The notes below the pieces were generated by a model. The model did not search any database and had not been told where the DNA came from. It saw only the letters and a program-made list of their open reading frames with translations. Below are positions 18,227 through 27,989 of a stretch of DNA of 39,315 bases, piece by piece; position 1 is the stretch's first letter, and each line of letters begins with the position of its first letter. The position numbers were made by a program, and so were the translations under genes. The stretch covers positions 1 through 39,315 of the forward strand of contig JAYZQJ010000028.1 of the NCBI GenBank assembly GCA_036149055.1, read 5' to 3'. Source of the stretch: Myxococcota bacterium (GTDB lineage: Bacteria > Myxococcota_A > Polyangia > Polyangiales > Sandaracinaceae).

Positions 18227-18655
18227 GTGCCCGAGACGGTCCGCGACGCGCTCGCCCGCTACCACGCCGAGAACGGCTTCACCGGCGACGCGATGACCGG
18301 CGAGACGGTCCAGGTGCGCGTGCTCGGCCAGACCCTGGACTTCCCGAGCCCCGCCTTCCAGCGGCCGCTGCTCGCCCGCCACGATCTGCACCACGTGTTG
18401 ACGGGCTACGGCACCGATCTGCGCGGCGAGGCCGAGATGGGCGCCTGGGAGCTCGGCGCGGGCCCCGGCCACTGGTTCGTCTGGGTCAACGACCTCGGCG
18501 CGCTCGCGCTCGGCGTGCTCTGCCCGCTGCGGACGGCCCGGGCCTTCGCGCGGGGGCTGCGGTGCCGCTCGCTCTATCGCGACGACACCTCCTACGAGGC
18601 GCTGCTCGAGATGGAGACCGAGGCGCTCCGGGCCCGGCTCGGTCTCCGGCGCTGA
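18227..18655 (+). CDS. Coq4-like protein
   Basis: HDLHH-VLTGYGTDLRG-E matches the HDxxH(x)11E motif. Confidence 0.75.
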   Translation: MPETVRDALARYHAENGFTGDAMTGETVQVRVLGQTLDFPSPAFQRPLLARHDLHHVLTGYGTDLRGEAEMGAWELGAGPGHWFVWVNDLGALALGVLCPLRTARAFARGLRCRSLYRDDTSYEALLEMETEALRARLGLRR

Positions 18656-18688
18656 CGACCTGCGGCGGGCGTGCCACCCTCCCGGGCC

Positions 18689-19201
18689 GTGCGACCCGCG
18701 CTCATCGCCTTCGGGCTGCTGCTCTCGGCCTGCGCCGACGAGCCCGCCCCCGAGCCCGCCCCCGAGCCGACACCTGCGGAGCCGGAGGGTCAGCGGCTCG
18801 GCGTGCCGCCCGCGCTGCTCGCCCGGGCCCGGGAGGAGGCGAGCGGGCTCTCGCACCTGACGCCGGCGCTCCAGGCGCGCGCCCTCGAGGGCCGGATCCC
18901 GGCCGCCCAGCCGGGCTACGGCGCGCTCCGCCGCGATCCCGCCGCGCACGCCGAGGCCCGGGTCGCCCTCGAGGGGCGGGTGGGCCTGGCGCGCCCCGCC
19001 GGCGAGCACCTCTGGATCGTGGCGCTGATGCTGCGGCGGGACGGCGAGCGCTGGGTCGACCCGATCTACGTGCTGAGCGTGGTCCCGCCGCCGGACGAGG
19101 GCGCGGTGGCGCGGGCGTACGGCTGGGTCGTCGGCGAGCGCACCATCGGCCGCCACGCCCTGCCGCTCGTGCTCGCCTACGCGGTCGTGCCCGCCGCGTG
19201 A
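18689..19201 (+). CDS. Hypothetical lipoprotein
   Basis: MRPALIAFGLLLSA-C lipobox, Pro-rich linker. Confidence 0.7.
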   Translation: MRPALIAFGLLLSACADEPAPEPAPEPTPAEPEGQRLGVPPALLARAREEASGLSHLTPALQARALEGRIPAAQPGYGALRRDPAAHAEARVALEGRVGLARPAGEHLWIVALMLRRDGERWVDPIYVLSVVPPPDEGAVARAYGWVVGERTIGRHALPLVLAYAVVPAA

Positions 19202-22041
19202 TCGGCGAGGAGCTGGAGCAGCGCGTCGAGGTCGACCGGCTTCACCAGGTGATGGTCGAAGCCGGCCGCGGCGCTCCGATCGCGGTCCTGCTGCTGCCCG
19301 TAGCCGGTCACCGCGACCAGGAGCGCGGCCGGGTGTCGCTCGCGGATCCGGGTCGCGAGCTCGAGCCCGTCCATGACCGGGAGCCCGAGATCCAGCAGCG
19401 CGACGTCCGGTGACTCCCGCCTCGCCAGCTCGAGCGCGCTCGGCCCGTCGTAGGCCACGGTGGCCTCGTGGCCGCGGCGGCGCAGAGCGCGCTGGAGCAG
19501 GAACGCGGCGTCCTCGTTGTCGTCGACGACCAGGACGCGCAGCGCGCGCGGCGGGTGGGTCCGGCGGGTCTCCTCGGTCGCCGCGTGGGCGGGGGCCTCG
19601 ACCCGCGGGAAGGTCACCACCGCGGTGGTCCCGCGCCCGAGCCCGTCGCTCGAGAGCTCGACCTCGCCCTCCATCGCCTCGACCAGGTGGCGCACGATGG
19701 TCAGGCCGAGCCCGAGGCCGCCGTCGGCCCGGTCGAACGACCGGCTGCGCTGCACGAACGCCTCGAAGAGCTCGGGGAGCAGCTCGGGGGCGATGCCCTC
19801 GCCGTCGTCGATCACCCGGAGCACCGCGCGGTCGCCCTCGGCCCGCGCCTCGACGCGAATGCGGCCGCCCTTCGGCGTGTACGCCTCGACGCGAATGCGG
19901 CCGCCCTTCGGCGTGTACTTCGCGGCGTTGGTCAGGAGGTTGGTCGCGATCTGCGCGAGCCGATGCTCGTCGCCGCGCACCCAGACGTCCGCCTCGAGGT
20001 CGCGCACGAGGTGGTGGGCGCGCGCCTCGAGCAGCGGGCTCGAGAGCTCGATCGCGCGGTCCACCACCGCGTCGAGCCGCACCGACCGGAGCTCCATCGT
20101 CAGGGTGCCCCGGGTGATGCGCGAGATGTCGAGCAGGTCGTCGACCAGCCGGCTCATGTGGTCGACCTGGCGGCGGAGGATGCGGCGCTCGTCCTCGAAG
20201 CCGGCGGGCCTCAGGTCCATCAGATCGAGCGCGGTGCGCATCGGCGCGAGCGGGTTTCGGAGCTCGTGCCCGAGCATCGCGAGGAAGTCGTCCTTGACCC
20301 GGCTCGCCGCGGTCGCCCGGTCCCGCTCCGCCCGCAGCGCGTCGAGCAGCATGTGCGTCTCGACCGAGACCGACGCCATGTGGGCCAGCGAGACGAGGAG
20401 GTCCTCGTCCGACGGGTCGAACGCCTCGCCGTCGAGCTTGTCCGAGAGCTGGATCAGCCCGAGGTTCTGGCCCTCGCGATCGACCAGCGGCGCGGCCAGC
20501 CAGCCCCGCATCGGCGGGTGCGCCTCGGCGTGCGCGCCGAAGCCCCGCCAGCGCGGGTGCGCCTCGAGCTCCGCCTGGGTCATGCGCACGGTGCGGTTCT
20601 CCTCGCAGACCAGCGCGTAGATGCCCGAGCCGTCGGGCGGCGTGTCGTAGTCGCGCCAGGCGGCGTAGCGATCCGAGAGCGAGACCGCGGTGATCGCCTG
20701 GGCCCAGTTCTGGTCGCGGGTCATGGAGGTGACCGCCTGGTGGGCCCCGATCGCGTGGCGCGCGGCGTCGGTGATGATCTGCAGGGCCTCGTCCAGGGTG
20801 CGCGCCGAGGTCATGGCGACCGCCGCCTCCGCGAGCGCCCGCTGGCTGCGAGAGCGCTGCTCCTCGAGGCGCCGCTGCGCGCGCAGGTCGAGCACGTAGC
20901 AGATGATGTTCTGGTTCCCGTCGCCCAGGTGCGCGCCGCCGAGGAGGATCGGCACCCGGGTGCCGTCCTTCGCGACGTACTCCTTCTCGTACGGGGTGAA
21001 CTTGCCCGTCGCGTTCAGCGCCTCGAGCGCGGCGTCGTCGAGCGCCTCGTACTCGGGGGGCGTCAGAGCTCGCCATCGGAGCGCCCCGGCCTCCAGCTCG
21101 GCGCGGCTGTAGCCGACGAGCTGGAGGAAGGCCTCGTTGGCGTCGACGATCTGGCCCTGGTGGGTGGCGAGGATGAGCGGCGCCATCTGGGTCTCGAAGA
21201 GGCCACGGAAGCGCTGCTCGGCGTCGCGCGCCTCGGTGGTCAGGAGCGCGTTGTCGAGCGCGAACGAGGCGCGGCGGGTCAGCTCGCGCGCCATGTCCAC
21301 GTCGGCCTCGGTGAAGCGCCGCGGGCCCTCGCTCGCGAACGTGCACAGGGCGACCACCCGGCTCCCCTGCACCAGCGGCGTGATGATGACCGAGCCGAGG
21401 TCGAGCGCGCGGAGCGCGGCCAGGTGGTCCTCGTCCCGCGCCGCGTGCGCGAGCCACGCGTCCGGGATCTCCGCCGCGAAGAACGCCTCCCCGGTCTCCA
21501 CCACCCGGCGGGCGTTGGGGCTGCGATCGAGGGTCGGGGGCCAGCGCCGCCACATGTCCCAGGCGTGCGCCTCCTGGCTGGGATCCGCGTGCACGATGAC
21601 GACGCGGGAGAGCTGCTCGCCCTGCACCCGATCGATGGCGCACCAGTCGGCCACCTCCGGCACCGCCAGCCCGGCGATCTGGGGCAGGACCACCTCGAGG
21701 GCCGCGGTCTCGGCGAAGACCTCCGACACCCGGCCGAGGAAGCGCTCGCGCCGGACCGCCTCCTTCACGAGGTGCGCGTCGGTGACGTCGCGGAGGAGCG
21801 CGCAGGTGACGTCCTCGAGCCGGACGAAGCGCACCTCGAGCACCCGGTCACCTCGCCACAGCTGCACCTCCCCGCCCTCACCGGGCGCCCACGCGCCGCG
21901 CAGCAGGTCGGCCAGGGGAGCGCCCTCGGCGACGTCTCCGAGCAGCGCCCGCGCGGCCGGGTTCGCGCCGCGCACGCACCCCTCCCCGTCGGCCCAGACC
22001 ACCCCCTCGTGCAGGGCGTCCAGGGCCGCGGCCAGGGCCAT
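19177..22041 (-). CDS. Hybrid sensor histidine kinase (PAS-GAF-PAS-GAF-HisKA-HATPase-REC)
   Basis: H box LGHELRNPL, N box NLLTNAAKY, DDGEGI, GLGLGL. Receiver motifs VVDDNED, LLDLGLP and KP. Confidence 0.93.
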   Translation of the reverse strand: MALAAALDALHEGVVWADGEGCVRGANPAARALLGDVAEGAPLADLLRGAWAPGEGGEVQLWRGDRVLEVRFVRLEDVTCALLRDVTDAHLVKEAVRRERFLGRVSEVFAETAALEVVLPQIAGLAVPEVADWCAIDRVQGEQLSRVVIVHADPSQEAHAWDMWRRWPPTLDRSPNARRVVETGEAFFAAEIPDAWLAHAARDEDHLAALRALDLGSVIITPLVQGSRVVALCTFASEGPRRFTEADVDMARELTRRASFALDNALLTTEARDAEQRFRGLFETQMAPLILATHQGQIVDANEAFLQLVGYSRAELEAGALRWRALTPPEYEALDDAALEALNATGKFTPYEKEYVAKDGTRVPILLGGAHLGDGNQNIICYVLDLRAQRRLEEQRSRSQRALAEAAVAMTSARTLDEALQIITDAARHAIGAHQAVTSMTRDQNWAQAITAVSLSDRYAAWRDYDTPPDGSGIYALVCEENRTVRMTQAELEAHPRWRGFGAHAEAHPPMRGWLAAPLVDREGQNLGLIQLSDKLDGEAFDPSDEDLLVSLAHMASVSVETHMLLDALRAERDRATAASRVKDDFLAMLGHELRNPLAPMRTALDLMDLRPAGFEDERRILRRQVDHMSRLVDDLLDISRITRGTLTMELRSVRLDAVVDRAIELSSPLLEARAHHLVRDLEADVWVRGDEHRLAQIATNLLTNAAKYTPKGGRIRVEAYTPKGGRIRVEARAEGDRAVLRVIDDGEGIAPELLPELFEAFVQRSRSFDRADGGLGLGLTIVRHLVEAMEGEVELSSDGLGRGTTAVVTFPRVEAPAHAATEETRRTHPPRALRVLVVDDNEDAAFLLQRALRRRGHEATVAYDGPSALELARRESPDVALLDLGLPVMDGLELATRIRERHPAALLVAVTGYGQQQDRDRSAAAGFDHHLVKPVDLDALLQLLADHAAGTTA
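19846..19917. repeat. Perfect 36-bp tandem duplication inside the kinase gene (YTPKGGRIRVEA x2)
   Basis: 19846-19881 is identical to 19882-19917. Confidence 0.95.
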
Positions 22042-22114
22042 CGGGCGGTGGGTCGTAGGCGGACAAAGCGCCGAGGGGCAGCTAGCCCCCGCCCGGCGGC
22101 CACAAGCGCCTGTC

Positions 22115-23971
22115 TCAATAATTGGAGGGCAAGTTACCGAGCGCCTCGGCCAGGTCGGGCGGGAGGTTCCCGAGGCCGGGGCGGGGGGCGTCGCCACGCA
22201 TGTCCCGCTCCGAGGCCGCCTGGGCCTGGCGGAAGGCGTTCGAGTCGGGCCGGAAGAAGGCGAGGGAGAGCTGGTTGCCGAGGCCGTCGAACGCGCGGTT
22301 GCCCATCACCGAGTAGACGAGGCCGTCCTGGTAGGCGCTGTCGCCGTTGGGGTCGAATCCGAGCCGATCGTAGCTGGTGACGGTGAAGTGCTCGGGCGGC
22401 TCCACGCTGGTGTCGATGCCCCAGGTCTCGCCCGAGTCGGGGATGCGCATCTGGATGTGGAAGTCGACGTGCACCCCGACGAAGCCCCGGCTCGACGAGT
22501 CGCTCGTGTAGACCGCGCCGCTCGGGCGGATCGTGTAGCTGACGTCGAAGGTCGGCTCGGCGATCGCCTCCGCCTGCTGCGCGGGCCCGATGCGGCCGGC
22601 GTGACTCAGCTGCATCACGTCCTCCGGGAAGATCGGCGCGAAGCCGCGCTGCAGGGTCGTGGTGATGCCGTTCTCCCGGCGCTCGCTCCGCTCGGGCGTG
22701 AAGTGCGGCGCGACGGGCGCGATCCCGCCGGTGACGCCCTGCACCTCGCCGAGCAGATCGTTGTTCTGGTCGATGATCGCGAGCGACTCGGCGCTCGGGG
22801 CGAAGAAGCGCACCCGCACCGGCGGCGAGTCGTGCGCCTCGAGCCAGTCCAGGAGGCGCCCCATGAAGGTCGGCATGCGGGGATCGCCGGTGGCCGCCTG
22901 GGCGAGGAAGTCTCGCCGCACCTGGGCGAAGCGCTCGTGGATCGCGGCGCGCGCCTCGTCCACCCGGGCGCTGCCGGGGTGCTCGCGCACGAAGTCGCGC
23001 AGGGCCGAGACGGTGCCCTCGCGCTGGGCCTCGGCGAAGGCCGCCTCGGGGAGGTGCTGGTCCTCGACCTCCCGGGCGTGCCGGCCGCCGGCGCGGAGGT
23101 AGGCGTTCAGGGCCCAGGTCGTGTTCAGGTCGCGGGCGCGGGCGAAGGCGGCCTCGTCGGAGGCCAGGTTGCGCACGAACCAGGTCGGCGCCGCGAAGAC
23201 CATGGCGGCCGCGCCGAGGAGCGCCGCGCGCTGCATGAGCGGGTGGATCGGGCGGGCGAGGACCGGGCCGTCGGCGTGGGCCGCGGCCTGCTTCGCGGCG
23301 GCGGGATCGTTCCAGAGCGGGGCCACGCGCGCGTCGAAGAAGAGGTCCATCGCGGCGAGCATCTCGAGGTCCTGGTGCTGCACCGCCTCCGAGATGCGCT
23401 GCTGCGAGAAGTGCAGCTCGTCCATGATCTGCTCGGCGAGCTCCTTGCCGCGCACCGAGAAGAATTCCTTGCCCCAGCCCTCGAAGACGAAGGTGAGGTC
23501 GGTCGCCTGGTAGACGCCGTTGACGTGCCGGTGCACGCCGTCGAGCTTCCGCAGGCGGCCCATCGGCACGACGGTGAGGGTCTCCGAGTCGGCGATGACC
23601 AGGTCGGTCGGGAAGACGTAGCGACCGCGCTCGAAGGGCAGCGCGCGGGAGAGCGCGGCGGTCCGCGTCGCCCGCAGGAGGCTCCAGACGACGAGGAAGA
23701 AGGCGACCGCGTAGCCGGCGATGAACCCCCAGTGCTGCGGGTGGTCGCCGGGGCTGCCGAACTCGACGATGGCGAGGCCGAGCGCGGCCGCGACGCCGAG
23801 GCAGGCGAGCAGCGCCCAGCCGACGACCGCGCCCCCGGCGGAGGCCTTCTGCGCGAGGATTGGCCGAGGGCTCGTCTTGCCGACGATGGCGTCGATCACC
23901 CGCTGACGGGTGCGCGGGTCGAGCGCGTTGAAGGGGATCTGGCGGTAGGGCGGGCTGGCGGGCTGGGTCAT
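22115..23971 (-). CDS. Hypothetical membrane protein
   Basis: Long ORF with strong codon bias, two N-terminal TM segments and a central hydrophobic segment. Confidence 0.75.
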   Translation of the reverse strand: MTQPASPPYRQIPFNALDPRTRQRVIDAIVGKTSPRPILAQKASAGGAVVGWALLACLGVAAALGLAIVEFGSPGDHPQHWGFIAGYAVAFFLVVWSLLRATRTAALSRALPFERGRYVFPTDLVIADSETLTVVPMGRLRKLDGVHRHVNGVYQATDLTFVFEGWGKEFFSVRGKELAEQIMDELHFSQQRISEAVQHQDLEMLAAMDLFFDARVAPLWNDPAAAKQAAAHADGPVLARPIHPLMQRAALLGAAAMVFAAPTWFVRNLASDEAAFARARDLNTTWALNAYLRAGGRHAREVEDQHLPEAAFAEAQREGTVSALRDFVREHPGSARVDEARAAIHERFAQVRRDFLAQAATGDPRMPTFMGRLLDWLEAHDSPPVRVRFFAPSAESLAIIDQNNDLLGEVQGVTGGIAPVAPHFTPERSERRENGITTTLQRGFAPIFPEDVMQLSHAGRIGPAQQAEAIAEPTFDVSYTIRPSGAVYTSDSSSRGFVGVHVDFHIQMRIPDSGETWGIDTSVEPPEHFTVTSYDRLGFDPNGDSAYQDGLVYSVMGNRAFDGLGNQLSLAFFRPDSNAFRQAQAASERDMRGDAPRPGLGNLPPDLAEALGNLPSNY

Positions 23972-24044
23972 CGGCGGCTCCGGTCTCGTGCCCCGATGTT
24001 CGTGCGCGCTCGCTCGATCTTCCCTCCGTGGCAGACTCGGGCCC

Positions 24045-24833
24045 ATGGCGGTCCCCACCCTCGGCGGCGCTCAGCTCTGGGCCGATCGGCGCTGGCGCGC
24101 GGGCTGGCGAGTGCAGCAGAACGTACTCACCGGCCACCACCGGCTCCTCGATCCCGGCGACCGACGGCACGCCTTCGGGAGCCTCGAGCGGTGCGCCGAG
24201 GGGCTCGCGGGGCTGCCGAGCGGGCCCGAGCGGCTGACGATCCTGCTGCACGGCCTCGGGCGCACCCGCCGCTCGCTCCGGGGCATGGCGGACGCGCTCG
24301 AGGAGGCCGGCCACCCGGTCGCGCTGCTGGACTACCCCAGCACCCGGCGCCCGATCGAGGACCACGTCGCGCAGGTGAGCGAGCTGATCGCGCACCTCGA
24401 CGGAGTGCGCCGCCTCCGGTTCGTCACCCACTCGCTCGGCGGCATCGTGGCCCGCGGGGTGCTCGCGCGGCTGCCCGAGGGCGTGGAGGCGGAGCGCGTG
24501 GTGATGCTGGCGCCCCCGAGCACCGGCGCCTCGCTCGCGAGGATCCTGCACGCGCAGCTCGGCCTGCTCTTCGGCGCGGTCATGGGCCCGGCGGGGGCGC
24601 AGCTGGCGAAGGGCCCCCCGGTGCCGCGCCCGGAGGTGCCCTTCCTGGTGGTCGCGGGAGGCAACGGCGGCGAAGGTCACAACCCCCTGCTCGAGGGCGA
24701 CGACGACGGCATCGTGACCGTCGAGGAGGCCCGCCTCGAGGGCATGCGCGAGCACCTCGTGGTCGACGCGATCCACACCTTCGTGATGGATCACCCCGAG
24801 GCGCGGGCGGCCACGCTGCGCTTTCTCGCGTAG
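24045..24833 (+). CDS. Alpha/beta hydrolase (lipase/esterase-like)
   Basis: LLHGLG, THSLGG nucleophile elbow, DDGIV, C-terminal H. Confidence 0.85.
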   Translation: MAVPTLGGAQLWADRRWRAGWRVQQNVLTGHHRLLDPGDRRHAFGSLERCAEGLAGLPSGPERLTILLHGLGRTRRSLRGMADALEEAGHPVALLDYPSTRRPIEDHVAQVSELIAHLDGVRRLRFVTHSLGGIVARGVLARLPEGVEAERVVMLAPPSTGASLARILHAQLGLLFGAVMGPAGAQLAKGPPVPRPEVPFLVVAGGNGGEGHNPLLEGDDDGIVTVEEARLEGMREHLVVDAIHTFVMDHPEARAATLRFLA

Positions 24834-24848
24834 CCGATCACGGTGTCT

Positions 24849-26516
24849 TCATTCGGGGAGGCGGGCGAGGAGGGCCTCGAGGTGCTCGCGCTCCTCGGCG
24901 CGCATGCGCTCGTTCAGGGCCGCCTGCACCGCGGCGCGCGCCTCGGCCCCGAACGCGTCGCGCACGACGTCGCCGGCTTCGGTCTCGAGGCTGTTGCTCC
25001 GGACCATCTCGAGCAGGTCGGGCAAGAGCTGCGGGTAGCCGCGCACGCTCTCGTCGAGCTCGAGCGCGGTCTGGTACTCGGGCAGCGCGCGGCTGAGCCA
25101 GCGAGCCCGGGTGTAGAGGTGCGCGAGCACCAGGTGCGGCCGCGGGTCGTCCGGGTGCTCGCTCTGGTAGCGGCTGATGTCGCTGAGCAGCTGGCGCGAG
25201 GGGCGGTTGCCGCGCCGCACCGCCTCGGCCCGACGCTTCAAGTCCCCGAGCGCCTCGGGCACGTCCGCGGCGAAGGGATCGCGGGCGAGCGGCCGGGTCG
25301 GCGCGGCGGGCGCCGGGGGCGGGAGCGGCTCGGGCGTCACGTCCGGCGCCGGCGGCGGCGGCTCGACCTCGTCGGAGGACAGCGCGTCGCTCGCCCACCA
25401 GATCACCGCGCCCACCAGGCCCGCGAGCAGCAGCGCGCCGCAGCCGAGCCCGGTCATCAGGGGGAGCCGCGACTGCGGCAGGTGCACGCTGCCGCCGGCC
25501 GACGGCGCGACGACCTCGTTCTGCTCCGCGAGCGCGCGGGGCGTGCCGGCGGCGGTCGGCGCCGAGACCGCGGGGGCCTGGGTCGGGGCCACGCCGCTCA
25601 CCGGCCCGGTCGGCGCGGGCCGCGGTCCGACCCGTCGCACCGCGTCCGGCGGCAGCGCGTCGAGCGCGTCGAGCATCTCCTTGGCGCTCTGGAAGCGCTC
25701 CGGGGCGCTCTTGGCGAGCGCGCGCTGCACCAGCCGCTCCATGCGCTCGTCGATCGCCAGCCCGGTGTCCACGTCGCCCATGCGCGGCGGCGGGCTGAGC
25801 AGGTGCGCCTTGAGCACCTGACCGGGATCGTTGCTCTCGAACACCCGCCGGCCGGTCAGCGCCTCGAAGAGCACGCATCCCATCGCGTACACGTCGGCGC
25901 GCGCGTCCGCCTCCATGCCCGACGCCTGCTCCGGGGCCATGTAGGCCGGCGTGCCGAGCAGCGCGCCCTGCTGGGTGAGCTTGGGAGAGCTCTTGGCCGC
26001 GTCGCCCACGAAGCGCGCGAGGCCGAAGTCGAGCACCTCCACGTGATCGGTGCCGTCGCCCATCGCGCGCACGAAGACGTTGTGCGGCTTGAGGTCGCGG
26101 TGCACGAGGCCCTGGGCGTGGGCGTAGTCGAGCGCGCGCAGGGTCTGCCGCACGATGTCGAGGACCCGGCCGGGATCGAGCGGCGCCTGGTGCACGAGCC
26201 CGGCGAGGTCGGTGCCCTCGAGCAGCTCCATGACCAGGTAGGGCATGTCGCCCTCGACGCCGAAGTCGGTGACGGTGACGATGTTCGGGTGCGAGAGCGC
26301 GGCCAGCGCCTTGGCCTCACGCTCGAAGCGCTGCTTGAGCACGGGGATGCTCTCGTACTGCGCGAGCAGCACCTTGAGCGCGACCGCGCGGCCCAGGGTC
26401 TCGTGCCGCGCCCGGTAGACGCGGCCGATCCCGCCTTCACCGAGGGGGGCCTCGATGCGGTACCGCTCCGCGATCGTCGTACCGATCAGCGGGTCCGTGG
26501 GGGCCGCCTCGCTCAT
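24849..26516 (-). CDS. Hanks-type Ser/Thr protein kinase with TM and C-terminal helical-repeat region
   Basis: GEGGIG, VALK, HRDLKPHN, DFG, GTPAYMAPE. Confidence 0.93.
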   Translation of the reverse strand: MSEAAPTDPLIGTTIAERYRIEAPLGEGGIGRVYRARHETLGRAVALKVLLAQYESIPVLKQRFEREAKALAALSHPNIVTVTDFGVEGDMPYLVMELLEGTDLAGLVHQAPLDPGRVLDIVRQTLRALDYAHAQGLVHRDLKPHNVFVRAMGDGTDHVEVLDFGLARFVGDAAKSSPKLTQQGALLGTPAYMAPEQASGMEADARADVYAMGCVLFEALTGRRVFESNDPGQVLKAHLLSPPPRMGDVDTGLAIDERMERLVQRALAKSAPERFQSAKEMLDALDALPPDAVRRVGPRPAPTGPVSGVAPTQAPAVSAPTAAGTPRALAEQNEVVAPSAGGSVHLPQSRLPLMTGLGCGALLLAGLVGAVIWWASDALSSDEVEPPPPAPDVTPEPLPPPAPAAPTRPLARDPFAADVPEALGDLKRRAEAVRRGNRPSRQLLSDISRYQSEHPDDPRPHLVLAHLYTRARWLSRALPEYQTALELDESVRGYPQLLPDLLEMVRSNSLETEAGDVVRDAFGAEARAAVQAALNERMRAEEREHLEALLARLPE

Positions 26517-26607
26517 CGCGCCGAAGGGTACCCCGCCTGAGCCCGTTTCAGGGAACGACGATGTCGATCGGTGGGCGCCCGGCGCGCCGCACCTTACAGT
26601 CCCGGGC

Positions 26608-27966
26608 ATGCAGCTCTCGATGGCCCCCACCGAGGCGGTGAAGGCGCGACGCGCACGCCTGGCCGCCCGGCTCGACGGAACCCGCGCGCTGATCGCCGCC
26701 GGTGAGCCGAGCCCGCGCAACTACCCCGCCGCGACCTACCCCTTCCGCGCGTCGAGCCACTTCCTCTACCTGGTCGGCCTGCCGATCGCGCGGGCCATGC
26801 TGGTGGTGGAGGGCGGCGAGAGCACCGTCTACGTGCCGCCGCACGATCCCGCCGACGCCCTCTGGCACGGCGCGCTGCCCTCCTACGCCGAGCTCGCGGC
26901 CGCGGTCGGCTGCCCGGTGAGGCCGCTGACGGAGCTCCCCGCGCTCGAAGGCGCCGGCGCCGTGCCGTGCGTCGACGCCCGGGGCCGCGCCGCCCAGGAG
27001 CGCGCGCTCGGCCGTCCGCTCTCGACCCCGACCGAGGCGGACGAGCGCGTGATCGACGCGATGATCGCGCTCCGTCTCGTGCACGACGCGGCGGCGATCG
27101 AGGGCCTGCGCGAGGCGGCCGAGGCGACGAAGGCCGCTCACCTCGCCGGGATGAAGGCCACCCGCCCCGGGATCCGCGAGGCCGAGGTCCGCGCCGCGAT
27201 GGTGCACGAATTCGCCCGCCGGGACATGACCGAGGCCTACGGCCCGATCGTCACCGTGCACGGCGAGGTGCTGCACAACGACGTCTACCACCACGAGCTG
27301 GCGGATGGCGATCTCCTGCTCGCCGACGTCGGCGCCGAGTCGACCGGCGGCTGGGCCGGCGACGTGACCCGGACCTGGCCGGTCAGCGGCGCGCTCAGCG
27401 GCACCCAGCGCACCATCTACGACCTCGTGCTCGCCGCCCAGGAGGCCGCGATCGCGAAGGTCGCGCCCGGCGTGCGCTACCGCGACGTGCACCTCGCGGC
27501 GTGCCGCACCCTCGCGCTCGGGCTGGTGGAGCTCGGCGTGCTGCGCGGCGACCCCGACGAGCTCGTCGCGGACGGCGTGCACGCGCTCTTCTTCCCCCAC
27601 GGCGTCGGGCACCTCATCGGCCTCGACGTGCACGACATGGAGGACCTCGGCGATCGCGCGGGCTACGCGCCCGGCCGGCGCCGGAGCGAGCAGTTCGGCC
27701 TCTCCTACCTGCGGCTCGACCGCGACCTCGAGGTCGGCATGGCCGTGACCATCGAGCCCGGCTTCTACCAGGTGCCCGCCATCCTCGAGGACGCGCGCCT
27801 CACCGCCGTCGCCGGCGACCGGCTCGACCGGGACGCGCTCGCCCGCTTCGCCGACGTGCGCGGCGTCCGGATCGAAGACGACGTGCTGGTGACCGAGACC
27901 GGCAGCGAGGTGCTCACCGAGGGCATCCCCAAGCGCGCCGTCGACGTCGAGGCGGCGGTCGGCTGA
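26608..27966 (+). CDS. Xaa-Pro aminopeptidase (M24B)
   Basis: FRASSHFLYL, D.G...GDVTRT, HGVGHLIGLDVHD, TIEPG, GVRIEDD. Confidence 0.9.
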   Translation: MQLSMAPTEAVKARRARLAARLDGTRALIAAGEPSPRNYPAATYPFRASSHFLYLVGLPIARAMLVVEGGESTVYVPPHDPADALWHGALPSYAELAAAVGCPVRPLTELPALEGAGAVPCVDARGRAAQERALGRPLSTPTEADERVIDAMIALRLVHDAAAIEGLREAAEATKAAHLAGMKATRPGIREAEVRAAMVHEFARRDMTEAYGPIVTVHGEVLHNDVYHHELADGDLLLADVGAESTGGWAGDVTRTWPVSGALSGTQRTIYDLVLAAQEAAIAKVAPGVRYRDVHLAACRTLALGLVELGVLRGDPDELVADGVHALFFPHGVGHLIGLDVHDMEDLGDRAGYAPGRRRSEQFGLSYLRLDRDLEVGMAVTIEPGFYQVPAILEDARLTAVAGDRLDRDALARFADVRGVRIEDDVLVTETGSEVLTEGIPKRAVDVEAAVG

Positions 27967-27989
27967 GCGGGCGCTATTCTCCGGGCGAG

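Noticed and set aside
16790..21643. 1617-aa minus-strand ORF as one giant protein
   Set aside because: Only the last 452 aa (ABC1 kinase, from 18148) are coding. The rest is a stop-free frame overlapping the histidine kinase and two plus-strand genes.
19468..25096. Long plus-strand ORFs (970 aa, 1319 aa) and similar Arg/Ala-rich ORFs elsewhere
   Set aside because: Antisense or off-frame shadows of real genes, expected at this GC content.
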